NCBI GenBank assembly: GCA_963728055.1
Contig: CAVSIM010000027.1
Span: 157,866-221,865, forward strand
Direction of reading: 5' to 3'
Length of the DNA: 64,000 nucleotides
DNA from: an uncultured delta proteobacterium
GTDB taxonomy: Bacteria > Desulfobacterota > Desulfobacteria > Desulfobacterales > SG8-13
Under the pieces are notes generated by a model that saw only the letters and a program-made list of their open reading frames with translations, had not been told where the DNA came from and searched no databases. Shown one piece after another: positions 33,069 to 42,447 of this stretch; positions within the stretch are counted from its first letter, which is position 1, and the number at the start of each line of letters is the position of its first letter. Both the position numbers and the translations under genes were made by a program.

Positions 33069-33860
33069 TTATTGCTTCATGCACCTGAGCTTGGCAAGAT
33101 CCTCCGCATAGCCGTAGAGATGAAGGCCCTTGCTTTCCACGACCATTTCTCCGTCGTCGACACCGATTTCCCCGGCCATGTATTCCTTTAAAAACTGGAT
33201 ACCGGCCAGATTGGCCGGCATGCCGCCCCACAGGTCCCAGGAGCGGAAATAAACGAAAAAATTGAGTTTGCCATCCTGGATGCGGGTGTCGATCGAGCGC
33301 AGACAGGGGGGGTCCAGAAGGGTAAGATCGGTGGGGTGGCCGACCTGCAGGATCATCTGGTTGTTTCTGTGGCCGTAGCGCTGGTAGGTGTCGATGATCC
33401 ATTCGATCTGATTCAGATACAGCTGTCCGTCTTCCTCGAATATGATTTTCCCGTCGACGTGCCTTTTGTCGATGATGTCTTTTTCCTCTTTGTCCCACCA
33501 GATCTTTTTGTCGCCGGTTATGGGGGCCTTCGTGAGCCTTTCCCCATAGGTATAGGATTCGCCCGGCTCCTTGTGGCCGGTCATAATGTACTCGATGTAG
33601 CTGCGCCGGTAATTCCTGCCGCCCAGAATGTACTCTTCTTCCACCGGGTTCGGAATGCCGCAGGAGGCGGGAATGTCGGGCAGCAGCGGCTTTGTTCCCG
33701 GAAACTTTACGTGACCGGTGAAATAGTCGTATTCGAGCCGCTGCTGACCGGCATACGAGCCCCGGTCGATTTTAAATTTTCGGCCGTTGTCGATTATCTG
33801 GTAAACCGCCTGGAACCACAGATCCGGCAGGTCACGGGCTTCGATGAACTGGATTTTCAT
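33069..33860 (-). CDS. Thymidylate synthase (ThyA) superfamily protein, divergent/archaeal-like
   Basis: DPPCLRSID...DGKLNFFVYFRSWDLWGGMPANLAGIQFL aligns with ThyA APCH...[29 protein letters not shown]. The catalytic Cys and the RS.D..G.P.N core are retained. Confidence 0.75.
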   Translation of the reverse strand: MKIQFIEARDLPDLWFQAVYQIIDNGRKFKIDRGSYAGQQRLEYDYFTGHVKFPGTKPLLPDIPASCGIPNPVEEEYILGGRNYRRSYIEYIMTGHKEPGESYTYGERLTKAPITGDKKIWWDKEEKDIIDKRHVDGKIIFEEDGQLYLNQIEWIIDTYQRYGHRNNQMILQVGHPTDLTLLDPPCLRSIDTRIQDGKLNFFVYFRSWDLWGGMPANLAGIQFLKEYMAGEIGVDDGEMVVESKGLHLYGYAEDLAKLRCMKQ

Positions 33861-33900
33861 GAAAAAGTCCCCTCATTTTTTCGATTGCCAAAAGCACTAT

Positions 33901-34194
33901 TTATTCGTCTCTACCCTTGTAGCTTATTGGATCTCTATGGAGATTTGCTACCGCAGTGATTAGAATTTCTTCTGATTCTACTGTATAAAAAAGAGCATAA
34001 GGAAATGACTTTAGGAGGCAACGTCTTGTTCGCTTGCCTATTTTCGACCATGCATCTGGCAAAAATAGTATTCTGTCGATAGCTGCGGAAACCTCCTGAA
34101 AAAACCGAAAGCCCAGTCCGGGTAATTGGTGGTCGTAGTATTTTATTGCTTCATCCAATTCGTCATTTGAGGGAGAAATAAAACGAGCTTTCAA
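33901..34194 (-). CDS. Type II toxin, RelE/ParE (plasmid stabilisation) family
   Basis: 97-aa ORF with ..ELDEAIKYY...F.EV..AIDRI...P.. and C-terminal ILITAVANLHRDP, typical of ParE-like toxins. TTG start overlaps the antitoxin stop by 4 nt. Confidence 0.75.
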   Translation of the reverse strand: MKARFISPSNDELDEAIKYYDHQLPGLGFRFFQEVSAAIDRILFLPDAWSKIGKRTRRCLLKSFPYALFYTVESEEILITAVANLHRDPISYKGRDE

Positions 34195-34406
34195 CGCACA
34201 TACCTCTTTTTAATATCATGCCAATCGTGTGCCTTAAGCTCTCCTCGCTTATAGGCCTCATATCGAGCTTCGGATTCGGCAATCCAGCTTTTTTCAACTT
34301 CCGGATCGGGCTTGTCGAGGCTATATAAAATGGCCTCGACCAATCGAATACGTTCTATCGGAGGAAGTCCGACAGCTTTTTTCGCTAATTGTTCCAGTGT
34401 TTCCAT
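34191..34406 (-). CDS. Addiction-module antitoxin (TIGR02574-like)
   Basis: 71-aa ORF with LPPIERIRLVEAILYSLD ... WIAESEARYEAYKRGE, the hallmark of this antitoxin family. It is paired with the toxin downstream. Confidence 0.7.
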   Translation of the reverse strand: METLEQLAKKAVGLPPIERIRLVEAILYSLDKPDPEVEKSWIAESEARYEAYKRGELKAHDWHDIKKRYVR

Positions 34407-34496
34407 TAATATTCTCCAAAATAGTTATATTCGGTTCTCTAATCAAACAAAATTCTATCTCACTGGTGCCCTGAGCATCTCTGAATTCCCTTGCAA

Positions 34497-35879
34497 TCAA
34501 AAATCGATATTCTTAGGTGTCCGCGGGAAGGGGATCACATCGCGGATATTGCCGATGCCGGTGACCAGCATCAGCAGGCGTTCGAATCCCAGGCCGAACC
34601 CGCTGTGCTCGACCGAGCCGTAGCGGCGCGAGTCGAGATACCACCAGTAGGGTTCCTTGGGCATTCCCAGCTCCGCCATGCGTGCTTCGAGCACCGGCAG
34701 GCGTTCTTCGCGCTGGCTGCCGCCGATGATTTCGCCGATCTTCGGCAGCAGAACGTCCATGGCGGCGACCGTGCGGCCGTCGTCGTTGACGCGCATGTAA
34801 AATGGTTTGATTTCCTTGGGGTAATCGTAGATAATAACCGGCTTTTTAAAGTGCTCTTCGGTCAGATAGTGCTCGTGCTCGGATTGCAGGTCTTCACCGA
34901 AGGTAGCTGCGTACTCGAATTTGCGGTTTGCGCGGCGCAGCAGCTCGATGGCTTCGGCATACGGCAGGCGCACGAAATCGGCGCTTGCGATCGTGTCGAG
35001 AGTCGAGGGTAGGGTTTTGTCTACGAAACGGGCAAAGAGGTCCAGGTCTTCGCGACACTTCGTCAAAGCGAAGGTGACCAGGTATTTGATCAGTTCCTCG
35101 CCGAGGACCATATTGCCCGCCAGGTCGCAGAAGGCCATTTCCGGCTCGATCATCCAGAATTCGGCCGCGTGCCGGCGAGTGTTCGAGTTTTCGGCCCGAA
35201 ACGTGGGGCCGAAAGTGTACACGTCGCCCAGCGCCAGCGCAAACATCTCGGCCGACAGCTGGCCCGAGACCGTCAGGTTGGCTTGACGGCCGAAAAAATC
35301 CTGGTCGAAATCGACGCCGCCGTTTGCCTGCGGAATGTGCGCCAGTTCGAAGGAGGTGACGCGGAAGAGTTCGCCGGCGCCCTCGCAGTCCGAAGCGGTG
35401 AGAACCGGCGAGTGGAGGTAGGTGAAACCGCGGTCTTTGAAAAAGGTGTGGACGGCAAAGGAGAGATCGGATCGAATCCGGAAGGCGGCGCCGTACTTGT
35501 TGGTCCTTGGTCGCAGGTGGGCGATGGTCCGCAGGAATTCATCGGTGTGGCGCTTCTTCTGCAGCGGGTAACTGTCCGGCGCCGCACTGATGACCTCAAT
35601 CGCCCGCGCCTGGATCTCCCATTTCTGGCCGCTGCCGTGCGATGCGACCAGGCTGCCGGTGACGCCCACGGCCGAGCCGGTCAGGAGCTGTTTGACGGCG
35701 GTGTAGTTCGGCAGGCTTTCCGCGGCGATGACCTGGATGTTGCGCAGGCACGAGCCGTCATTTATTTCAAGGAAGGAAAACCCCTTGGAATCGCGCCGGG
35801 TGCGCAGCCAGCCTTTTATCAACACCTCGTCCAAGGGTTTTTCGGAAGCCAGAAGATGAACGATTTTTGTGCGTTTCAT
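34497..35879 (-). CDS. asnS: Asparagine--tRNA ligase
   Basis: 460-aa class IIb synthetase: N-terminal OB-fold GWLRTRRDSKGFSFLEINDGS, motif 2/3 regions and C-terminal FPRTPKNIDF. Confidence 0.93.
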   Translation of the reverse strand: MKRTKIVHLLASEKPLDEVLIKGWLRTRRDSKGFSFLEINDGSCLRNIQVIAAESLPNYTAVKQLLTGSAVGVTGSLVASHGSGQKWEIQARAIEVISAAPDSYPLQKKRHTDEFLRTIAHLRPRTNKYGAAFRIRSDLSFAVHTFFKDRGFTYLHSPVLTASDCEGAGELFRVTSFELAHIPQANGGVDFDQDFFGRQANLTVSGQLSAEMFALALGDVYTFGPTFRAENSNTRRHAAEFWMIEPEMAFCDLAGNMVLGEELIKYLVTFALTKCREDLDLFARFVDKTLPSTLDTIASADFVRLPYAEAIELLRRANRKFEYAATFGEDLQSEHEHYLTEEHFKKPVIIYDYPKEIKPFYMRVNDDGRTVAAMDVLLPKIGEIIGGSQREERLPVLEARMAELGMPKEPYWWYLDSRRYGSVEHSGFGLGFERLLMLVTGIGNIRDVIPFPRTPKNIDF

Positions 35880-35945
35880 AAGCGGTTTTCCGATAGTCCG
35901 ATGGCCCCGCGACCGACAATTAACGCCCCGGGGCTTGGTTTATAT

Positions 35946-36045
35946 AGGCTTTAAGATAAGGGTTTTGGCAAGGCCCGCGGGAGGCGGCTGTATAGGTCAT
36001 ACGCCGCCGACCGAGAACACAGCCAAAACCCTTATCTTAAAGCCT
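35946..36045. repeat. About 100-nt element with perfect 24-bp terminal inverted repeats and an inner hairpin
   Basis: AGGCTTTAAGATAAGGGTTTTGGC (35946-35969) is the exact reverse complement of 36022-36045. The 52-nt spacer holds a second stem (GGCGGCTGTAT / ATACGCCGCC). The right arm covers the htrA stop codon. Confidence 0.8.
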
Positions 36046-37444
36046 AAAGTTCAACGGTGATGTAATACCCCTGATCCCCGCGCTGCAGCAGCACGACGAG
36101 TGATTTTTTAAGACGGTACTTGACAATGGCCGCGTGGAATTCTTTGCTGGTATTGATCGGCATCTCATTGATCCGCCGGACGACGTCCCCGTTGCGGGCA
36201 CCGATTTGGGCCAGGAAGCTGCGTGGATCGATGTCGGTGATCAAAGCGCCCGCATCGGCGGCGAGGCGGTACTTGGCCCTGTTGCCGGGTGTCACGTCTT
36301 CGGTCCGGATGCCGAGCAGCCGGTAGCCGAGCGCGGCGGCCAACTCTATGGGAAACTGGCCGGCCACGATCGTCAGGTTCAGCGGCCGGGCCTTGCGGTT
36401 GATCTTCAAGGTCAGCCGGTCGCCGACGGACTGATTGCGCAGGGCGCTTTGAAAATCGTCTTCGGAGACGATTCTGCGGTCATTCAGGGCGACGACGATA
36501 TCGCCCTCGCGCGCGCCGGCGGCTTCGGCCGGGCTGTCTTTTTCGATCGATTTCACCAGCACACCGGATTTAACCGGTGTATTCAGATAGCGGGCCAGGC
36601 CGGCATCGATATTTTGAACGATGAGGCCGATCCAGGGTTCGATGACCTCGCCGTGGGCGATAAGGTCGGAAATTATCTTGCGGGTTTTGCTGATCGGGAT
36701 CGCAAAACCGATGCCCTGGGCCTTGGCGTAAATGGCGGAATTGATGCCGATCAACTCGCCGTTGATGTTCAGCAGCGGTCCGCCGCTGTTGCCGGGGTTG
36801 ATGGAAGCATCGATCTGGATGAATTCGTGGAACACCCGGTCGTCGGTGCGGATGCTGCGGTCGAGCGCGCTGATGACACCGGTGGTCACGGTGTGGGAAA
36901 AACCGAAGGGGTTGCCGATGGCGATGACGGTTTCGCCGATCATCAGATCGTCGCTGCTGCCCATTTGAACTTCGGGCAGGACCGTCTGCGAGTCGATGTG
37001 CAGGACCGCCAGGTCGACATCCGGATCGGCCCCGACCACCTCGGCCTCGAATTCGCGCTCGTCCTGCAGCGTCACCTTGATCGTTCCGGCGTTTGCAATC
37101 ACGTGGGCGTTGGTGATGATCAGCCCGCGTTTGCCGTCGATGACGACCCCCGAGCCCAGGGTGTTTCTTTCCGGTTGGCGCTCGAGGAAGGGATCGAAAA
37201 AATCCTTGAAAAACGAGTCGAAAAACGGATTCATCCCGTATCCGGAAAACGGTCCGGATCGCTTGCGGGCGGATGTCACCGAGCTTATGTTGACCACGGC
37301 CGGGCCCACCCGGCTCACGGCCTTTACGATCGGACCTTCCCGATCGTAAGCGGCGACGGGGCTCACCCCGTGGTCCCCCAAGAACCAGATCGATGCGAGC
37401 AGGCCGAACAAAATAAGTGTCAAGGGCCGGCAGTGGTTCCGCAT
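36044..37444 (-). CDS. htrA: Periplasmic serine protease Do/HtrA/DegP (trypsin domain plus two PDZ)
   Basis: Signal/TM MRNHCRPLTLILFGLLASIW, catalytic TNAHV, D..LAVL and GNSGGPL triad contexts, and two PDZ-like segments. ATG at 37444 was chosen; the upstream extension is antisense to the radical SAM gene start. Confidence 0.9.
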   Translation of the reverse strand: MRNHCRPLTLILFGLLASIWFLGDHGVSPVAAYDREGPIVKAVSRVGPAVVNISSVTSARKRSGPFSGYGMNPFFDSFFKDFFDPFLERQPERNTLGSGVVIDGKRGLIITNAHVIANAGTIKVTLQDEREFEAEVVGADPDVDLAVLHIDSQTVLPEVQMGSSDDLMIGETVIAIGNPFGFSHTVTTGVISALDRSIRTDDRVFHEFIQIDASINPGNSGGPLLNINGELIGINSAIYAKAQGIGFAIPISKTRKIISDLIAHGEVIEPWIGLIVQNIDAGLARYLNTPVKSGVLVKSIEKDSPAEAAGAREGDIVVALNDRRIVSEDDFQSALRNQSVGDRLTLKINRKARPLNLTIVAGQFPIELAAALGYRLLGIRTEDVTPGNRAKYRLAADAGALITDIDPRSFLAQIGARNGDVVRRINEMPINTSKEFHAAIVKYRLKKSLVVLLQRGDQGYYITVEL

Positions 37445-37495
37445 AGTGTTCGATCGCCTCAACTGAAAAGATTCAACGAGAGGACACGTAATATC

Positions 37496-40024
37496 ATGAG
37501 CGAACCGTCCGTTCAAGGTATCCTGGCCGGGATCGAACAGCCCAGCCGCTACCTGGGGACCGAAACCAACACCGTCCGCAAGGACCACAGCCGGGTCGAG
37601 CTGCACGCCGTCCTGGCCTTTCCCGATTTATACGACATCGGCACCTCTCATTTCGGACTCCAGATACTGTATCACATCCTCAACCGGAGATCCGACACCG
37701 TGGCCGAGCGGGTTTTTGCCCCGGGCGTCGATATGGAAGCGCGGCTGCGGAGCCTCGGCCGGCCGCTGACGAGCCTGGAGTCCGGGACGCCCTTGGCGAA
37801 TTTCGATATCATCGGTTTCAGCCTGCTCTACGAACTCAACTACACCAATATCCTCACCATGCTCGATCTGTCAAACGTCGCCTTTCGGGCCGAAGAGCGC
37901 CGGACTGGGGATCCGCTCGTCATCGCCGGAGGTCCGTGTACCTGCAATCCTGAACCCGTGGCCGATTTGTTCGACGCGATGCTCATCGGGGACGGTGAAA
38001 CGGCGATCGTCCTGATGATCGAAAGATGGCTGGCGTGGCATAAAAGCGGCCGACAAAACCGTGCGGCGCTCCTGGGACAGTGGTCGGAAATTGAAGGTGT
38101 GTACATACCGTCATTTTTCTCGCCCCGATACGACGACAGGGGTTTCCAGCGGCTCGAACCGAAATTTCCCCATTACACGCGCGTCAAAAGAACGGTTGTC
38201 GCGGATCTGGACGCGGCGGCTTTTCCGGTGCAACCGGTCGTGCCCTTCGGCCGGCCGGTTCACGATCGACTGCGCCTGGAGGTGGCCCGCGGGTGCACGC
38301 GCGGGTGCCGGTTCTGCCAGGCCGGGATGATCTACCGTCCGGTCAGGGAGCGTTCGGTGACGACCCTCATGTCACAGGCCGAACGCGCGCTGGGGCTGAC
38401 GGGCTACGAAGACCTGTCCCTGCTGTCCTTGAGCACCGGGGATTACAGCTGCATCGAAGCGCTGATGCGGCGGCTGATGGACCGCTGTGCCGGCGAGCAC
38501 GTTGCGGTATCGCTGCCGTCCCTGCGAGCGGGGACCCTGAACCCGGAATTGATGAACCTGATTAAAATGGTGCGAAAAACCGGCTTTACGATTGCGCCCG
38601 AGGCCGGCAGCCAGAGGCTGCGCAATGTGATCAACAAGAACATCGACGAGGACGAAATCGCCGCAACGGTCGAAAATGCGTTCAGGCTCGGCTGGCAGGT
38701 CATCAAACTCTATTTCATGATCGGCCTGCCGACCGAGACCGACGATGACATGACGGCGATGGTCGATCTGGTGCGGCGCCTGCGGGGGCTCAAGCCGCCG
38801 CGGGGCCGAAAGGGGCAGCTCAACGTGAGTGTGGCCACCTTTATTCCCAAACCGCACACGCCGTTTCAGTGGGAGGGACAAATTCCGCTGGGGGAAGCTC
38901 ACAAGAAAATTCATCGCCTCAAGGATAAATTGGCCCTTTCGCGGCTCCGTTTCAAATGGCAGCCCCCCGAGGTCAGCCGGCTGGAGGGTTTGTGGGCCCG
39001 CGGCGACCGCCGGTTGGGTAAATTGCTGGTGGCGGCCTACCGCCGCGGGTGCCGGTTCGACGGCTGGAGCGATCATTTTAACTATGGCACGTGGCAAAGC
39101 GCGTGCGAGAGTGCCGGGGTGGACATCGATTTTTTCACGAATCGCCGGCGCGATGCCACCGAGCCCCTGCCGTGGGACGTCATCGACACCGGTGTCACCA
39201 AAGAATTTCTGGGGCAGGAGGCTCAAAGAGCGCTGGCCGGGGACGTGACCGCGGATTGCCGCACGGGCGACTGCAACAGTTGCGGTGTTTGCGACTTTGA
39301 AAATGTGGCGCCGGTGGTGTTTGACCGCTGCCGACTCGATGCGCCCCCGCCGGCCGATGCGAAACCCGTTGTTTCCGGTGACGAGCGGCAATTATTGATC
39401 ACGTTTTCCAAGACCGGTCCCGGCCGGTTTCTCGGCCATCTGGAAATGGCGAGTATTTTCGTTCGCGCCCTGCGCCGCCTCGGCCTGCGGCTGAAGTATT
39501 CGCAAGGCTTTCATCCCCAGCCGAAACTGTCCTTTCAGGACGCCCTACCGGTCGGCATGGAGAGCCTGGCGGAATTGCTCCTGGTGACGGTTGGCGGCGA
39601 AACGAGCGCCAAAAGAATCGTCGCGCGGCTAAACGATCAGCTCCCCGACGGGTTGCGGGTTGTGGCCGGCCGGTTTCTGTCGGCCAAGTATCGCCGACCC
39701 GAAACCCTCTTTACGACCTATCGGCTGACGGCGGATGCGGATCTTTTTCACAGAGACCGCGTCGAGAGTTTTTTCGAAAAGGAGACATGGCCGGTTGACC
39801 GGACGAATCACAAAGGCAAGGTCAGGCAAATCGATCTGCGCCAGGTGGTGACGGCCATCGAGTGGATATCGCCCGGCGAGGTGATCCTCACCCTGCGATC
39901 TTCAGGCGGCGGGGTGAGGCCCAGCGATGTGGCGGGCGATCTTTTCGCCATTGCGGCCGAGGGCGTGACCCGACTGCGCACCGTCAAGCTGGCGTCCTTC
40001 GGCCAGTCGGACGCGGCAAAATAA
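37496..40024 (+). CDS. Radical SAM protein (TIGR03960-like) fused to a DUF2344/TIGR03936-like domain
   Basis: CTRGCRFCQAG radical SAM cluster motif. N-terminal MSEPSVQGILAGIEQPSRYLG; C-terminal FSKTGPGRFLGHLEMASIFVRALRR. The first 1.36 kb of the 1296-aa track ORF is antisense to htrA and was discarded. Confidence 0.85.
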   Translation: MSEPSVQGILAGIEQPSRYLGTETNTVRKDHSRVELHAVLAFPDLYDIGTSHFGLQILYHILNRRSDTVAERVFAPGVDMEARLRSLGRPLTSLESGTPLANFDIIGFSLLYELNYTNILTMLDLSNVAFRAEERRTGDPLVIAGGPCTCNPEPVADLFDAMLIGDGETAIVLMIERWLAWHKSGRQNRAALLGQWSEIEGVYIPSFFSPRYDDRGFQRLEPKFPHYTRVKRTVVADLDAAAFPVQPVVPFGRPVHDRLRLEVARGCTRGCRFCQAGMIYRPVRERSVTTLMSQAERALGLTGYEDLSLLSLSTGDYSCIEALMRRLMDRCAGEHVAVSLPSLRAGTLNPELMNLIKMVRKTGFTIAPEAGSQRLRNVINKNIDEDEIAATVENAFRLGWQVIKLYFMIGLPTETDDDMTAMVDLVRRLRGLKPPRGRKGQLNVSVATFIPKPHTPFQWEGQIPLGEAHKKIHRLKDKLALSRLRFKWQPPEVSRLEGLWARGDRRLGKLLVAAYRRGCRFDGWSDHFNYGTWQSACESAGVDIDFFTNRRRDATEPLPWDVIDTGVTKEFLGQEAQRALAGDVTADCRTGDCNSCGVCDFENVAPVVFDRCRLDAPPPADAKPVVSGDERQLLITFSKTGPGRFLGHLEMASIFVRALRRLGLRLKYSQGFHPQPKLSFQDALPVGMESLAELLLVTVGGETSAKRIVARLNDQLPDGLRVVAGRFLSAKYRRPETLFTTYRLTADADLFHRDRVESFFEKETWPVDRTNHKGKVRQIDLRQVVTAIEWISPGEVILTLRSSGGGVRPSDVAGDLFAIAAEGVTRLRTVKLASFGQSDAAK

Positions 40025-40293
40025 AGGGATCCGCTACGGTTCGGCCCCGCTCGGACGGCCGCTGCCTTGCGACAGGAGGGCACGGGTCAAAAAAGAAGAT
40101 CCGCTTCGCCCGACAGCGGCTATCCTCCTATGACCGTTATATTTTTCTTGTTTTAAGCCTTGATTTGTGGCACCACAATCAGGAAAAAATCGTGACGGTA
40201 CCGGCGGACGGGTGCCACCGCTTCGGGCCGGTATGTCACCTGCACCCGATATTATGGGAGCCGATCATTTCACAGAGGCATTACGCGAGACAT

Positions 40294-41847
40294 ATGCACC
40301 GCAAACTCGTCATCAACGAAGCTTTTCATGAGACCCGGGTGGCCCTCCTGGAGGATGGCACCATCGTCGAATTGTTCATCGAACGCGGAGACGAATCGGA
40401 TATTGCCGGCAACATTTACAAGGGCCGGATTCAACGGGTTCTGCCCGGCATCCAGGCCGCTTTCATCGACATCGGCTTGAACCAGGCGGCATTCATCTAC
40501 GTGGACGATGTGCTGAGTCCGCGGATCGATGACTTCGAAGAGTTTTTGAGCGATGCGGAAGACGTTTCGGAAAATCAGGCGGATGGGCAGGCGGCTCAAA
40601 CCCTGGAGGATGCGTCTGATCCGGAAAATCGCCGCGACGCCCATATCGAGGATCTCATCACCGAAGGACAGGAGATTATGGTGCAGGTGGCCAAGTCGCC
40701 CATCGGCACCAAAGGCGCGCGCGTCACCTCCCACATTTCTCTGCCCGGCCGGTTTCTGGTATTGATGCCCACGTCGAATCACATCGGCATTTCCCGCCGC
40801 ATTGAGGATGCGTCGGAAAGAAATCGCCTCAAGGAAATCGTCTTGAGTCTGCGGCGCGAACCTTACGGCTATATCGTCCGGACAGCGGCGGAGAACATTT
40901 CAGAAGAAAAAATGGCGGCGGAAATGACCTTCCTGAGCAACCTCTGGGCCAACATTCAGGAAAAAAACAAGACCGCTGCGGTGCGCAGCCTGCTCCACCA
41001 GGAACTCGGACTGAGCCTGCGGGCGGTCAGGGACCTTTTAATCAACGAGGCCGAGAGCCTGGTGATCGATTCGCGCGCGGGGTACGAGAGAATACTCACC
41101 TTTCTCGACACGTACATGCCGCGCCTTAAAAACAATGTGGAGCTACACCAACACATCGAGCCCATTTTCGATGCCTACACGCTCGAAGGGGATATCTCAA
41201 GGGCCTTGAAAAAGAAGGTCTGGTTGAAATCCGGCGGCTATATCGTGATCGAGCACACCGAAGCGCTGGTGGCCATCGATGTGAACACCGGCCGGTATGT
41301 GGGCAAACACAACCTGGAGGAGACCATCCTGAAGACCAATCTCGAGGCCGTGAAAGAAATCGCCTACCAGGTGCGGTTGAGAGATATCGGCGGCATTATC
41401 ATCATCGATTTCATTGACATGCAAAAGAAAGCCAACCAGGAAAAAGTGTTTCACGAGCTGATGGAGGCGTGCAACAAAGACCGCAGCAAGACCCACATCC
41501 TGCCCATCTCGGAAATGGGGTTGATTCAGATGACCCGCAAACGTAACAAGAAGCCGCTCTCGCGCATGCTCTGCGAACCTTGCCACTACTGCGAAGGGGA
41601 AGGGTACCTCATTTCGAAGCAGTCCATCTGCTACAACATATATCGCGATCTTCTGCGTGAAAGCCGCGATGCCACCGGTTCGCGGCTGACGCTCAAAGTC
41701 AATCCCAAGATAGCGGAACTTCTGCATGGCGAGGAGAGCGGCCTTATCGTCAACCTCGAAAAAACAACCGGAAAACAGATCGTCATTTATCCCAACCCCG
41801 GCTTCCACATCGAAGAATTCGACATATTCGACAGCTGGCAGAATTAG
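40294..41847 (+). CDS. rng: Ribonuclease G/E family endoribonuclease
   Basis: S1 domain GNIYKGRIQRVLPGIQAAFIDIG, catalytic AIDVNTG, and Zn-link CEPCHYCEG. ATG at 40294 (MHRKLVINE). Confidence 0.9.
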   Translation: MHRKLVINEAFHETRVALLEDGTIVELFIERGDESDIAGNIYKGRIQRVLPGIQAAFIDIGLNQAAFIYVDDVLSPRIDDFEEFLSDAEDVSENQADGQAAQTLEDASDPENRRDAHIEDLITEGQEIMVQVAKSPIGTKGARVTSHISLPGRFLVLMPTSNHIGISRRIEDASERNRLKEIVLSLRREPYGYIVRTAAENISEEKMAAEMTFLSNLWANIQEKNKTAAVRSLLHQELGLSLRAVRDLLINEAESLVIDSRAGYERILTFLDTYMPRLKNNVELHQHIEPIFDAYTLEGDISRALKKKVWLKSGGYIVIEHTEALVAIDVNTGRYVGKHNLEETILKTNLEAVKEIAYQVRLRDIGGIIIIDFIDMQKKANQEKVFHELMEACNKDRSKTHILPISEMGLIQMTRKRNKKPLSRMLCEPCHYCEGEGYLISKQSICYNIYRDLLRESRDATGSRLTLKVNPKIAELLHGEESGLIVNLEKTTGKQIVIYPNPGFHIEEFDIFDSWQN

Positions 41848-42190
41848 GCGAGGCCGATGCGGAACTGCGGGTCGCGCGACGGGCGTCGATCGCGTCCGGA
41901 TTTTCACATTGACAATTTCTTTTGTCTGTGGTTGATTTCCACGGTTATAGATATAATTGCGTCTGCAAGGCGCCCTGGTTACCAGGCCGATCGCCTACAG
42001 AAGAACCATGGCGCAACATTTTACACGGGTATCCCATAAACAGGCCGCTTTCTGCCGGTGCCCGCACCTGAACGGCATGCTCTGCGGGGCTTTCCGGCGA
42101 AACGAGTCCTGTTAGCGAGCAGGGACACCCGCAACCCGCTAAGCCCGACGTGTTCGCAACGGGGCACGGCAAGGGAAAGAGAGGCTATAA

Positions 42191-42325
42191 ATGAAGAGAA
42201 CCTATCAGCCGAGCGTCCTGAAGAGGGCTCGAACCCATGGATTTCTCAAACGCATGTCCACCAAAGGCGGACGACGGATCATCAATCGCCGTCGGGCGCG
42301 CGGGCGCAAGCGGTTGTGCGCTTAA
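42191..42325 (+). CDS. rpmH: 50S ribosomal protein L34
   Basis: Not in the ORF track (44 aa). Translates to [53 protein letters not shown]. Confidence 0.95.
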   Translation: MKRTYQPSVLKRARTHGFLKRMSTKGGRRIINRRRARGRKRLCA

Positions 42326-42447
42326 TTGCCGGTGCTGCGCCCTGAAGGGGACGGCGCCTCGGCACGGCCATTTCCTGCCGGACCCCCCCTCCGTGCGGCA
42401 GGTAAATTTACTATGAACTAATAATAATATTAGCAAGTTAAACAATA

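Noticed and set aside
36134-37495. 5' 1.36 kb of the 1296-aa plus-strand ORF
   Set aside because: This part is antisense to htrA and has no homology signal. The radical SAM protein has a convincing start at 37496 (MSEPSVQGIL..), 51 nt from the divergent htrA start.
42100-42150. Faint resemblance of the rpmH leader (GCAGGGACACCCGCAACCCGCTAAGCCC) to c-di-GMP-I riboswitch core sequences
   Set aside because: It is too short to form the two-hairpin GEMM architecture, has no tetraloop/receptor arrangement, and sits in an implausible regulatory context (ribosomal protein L34).
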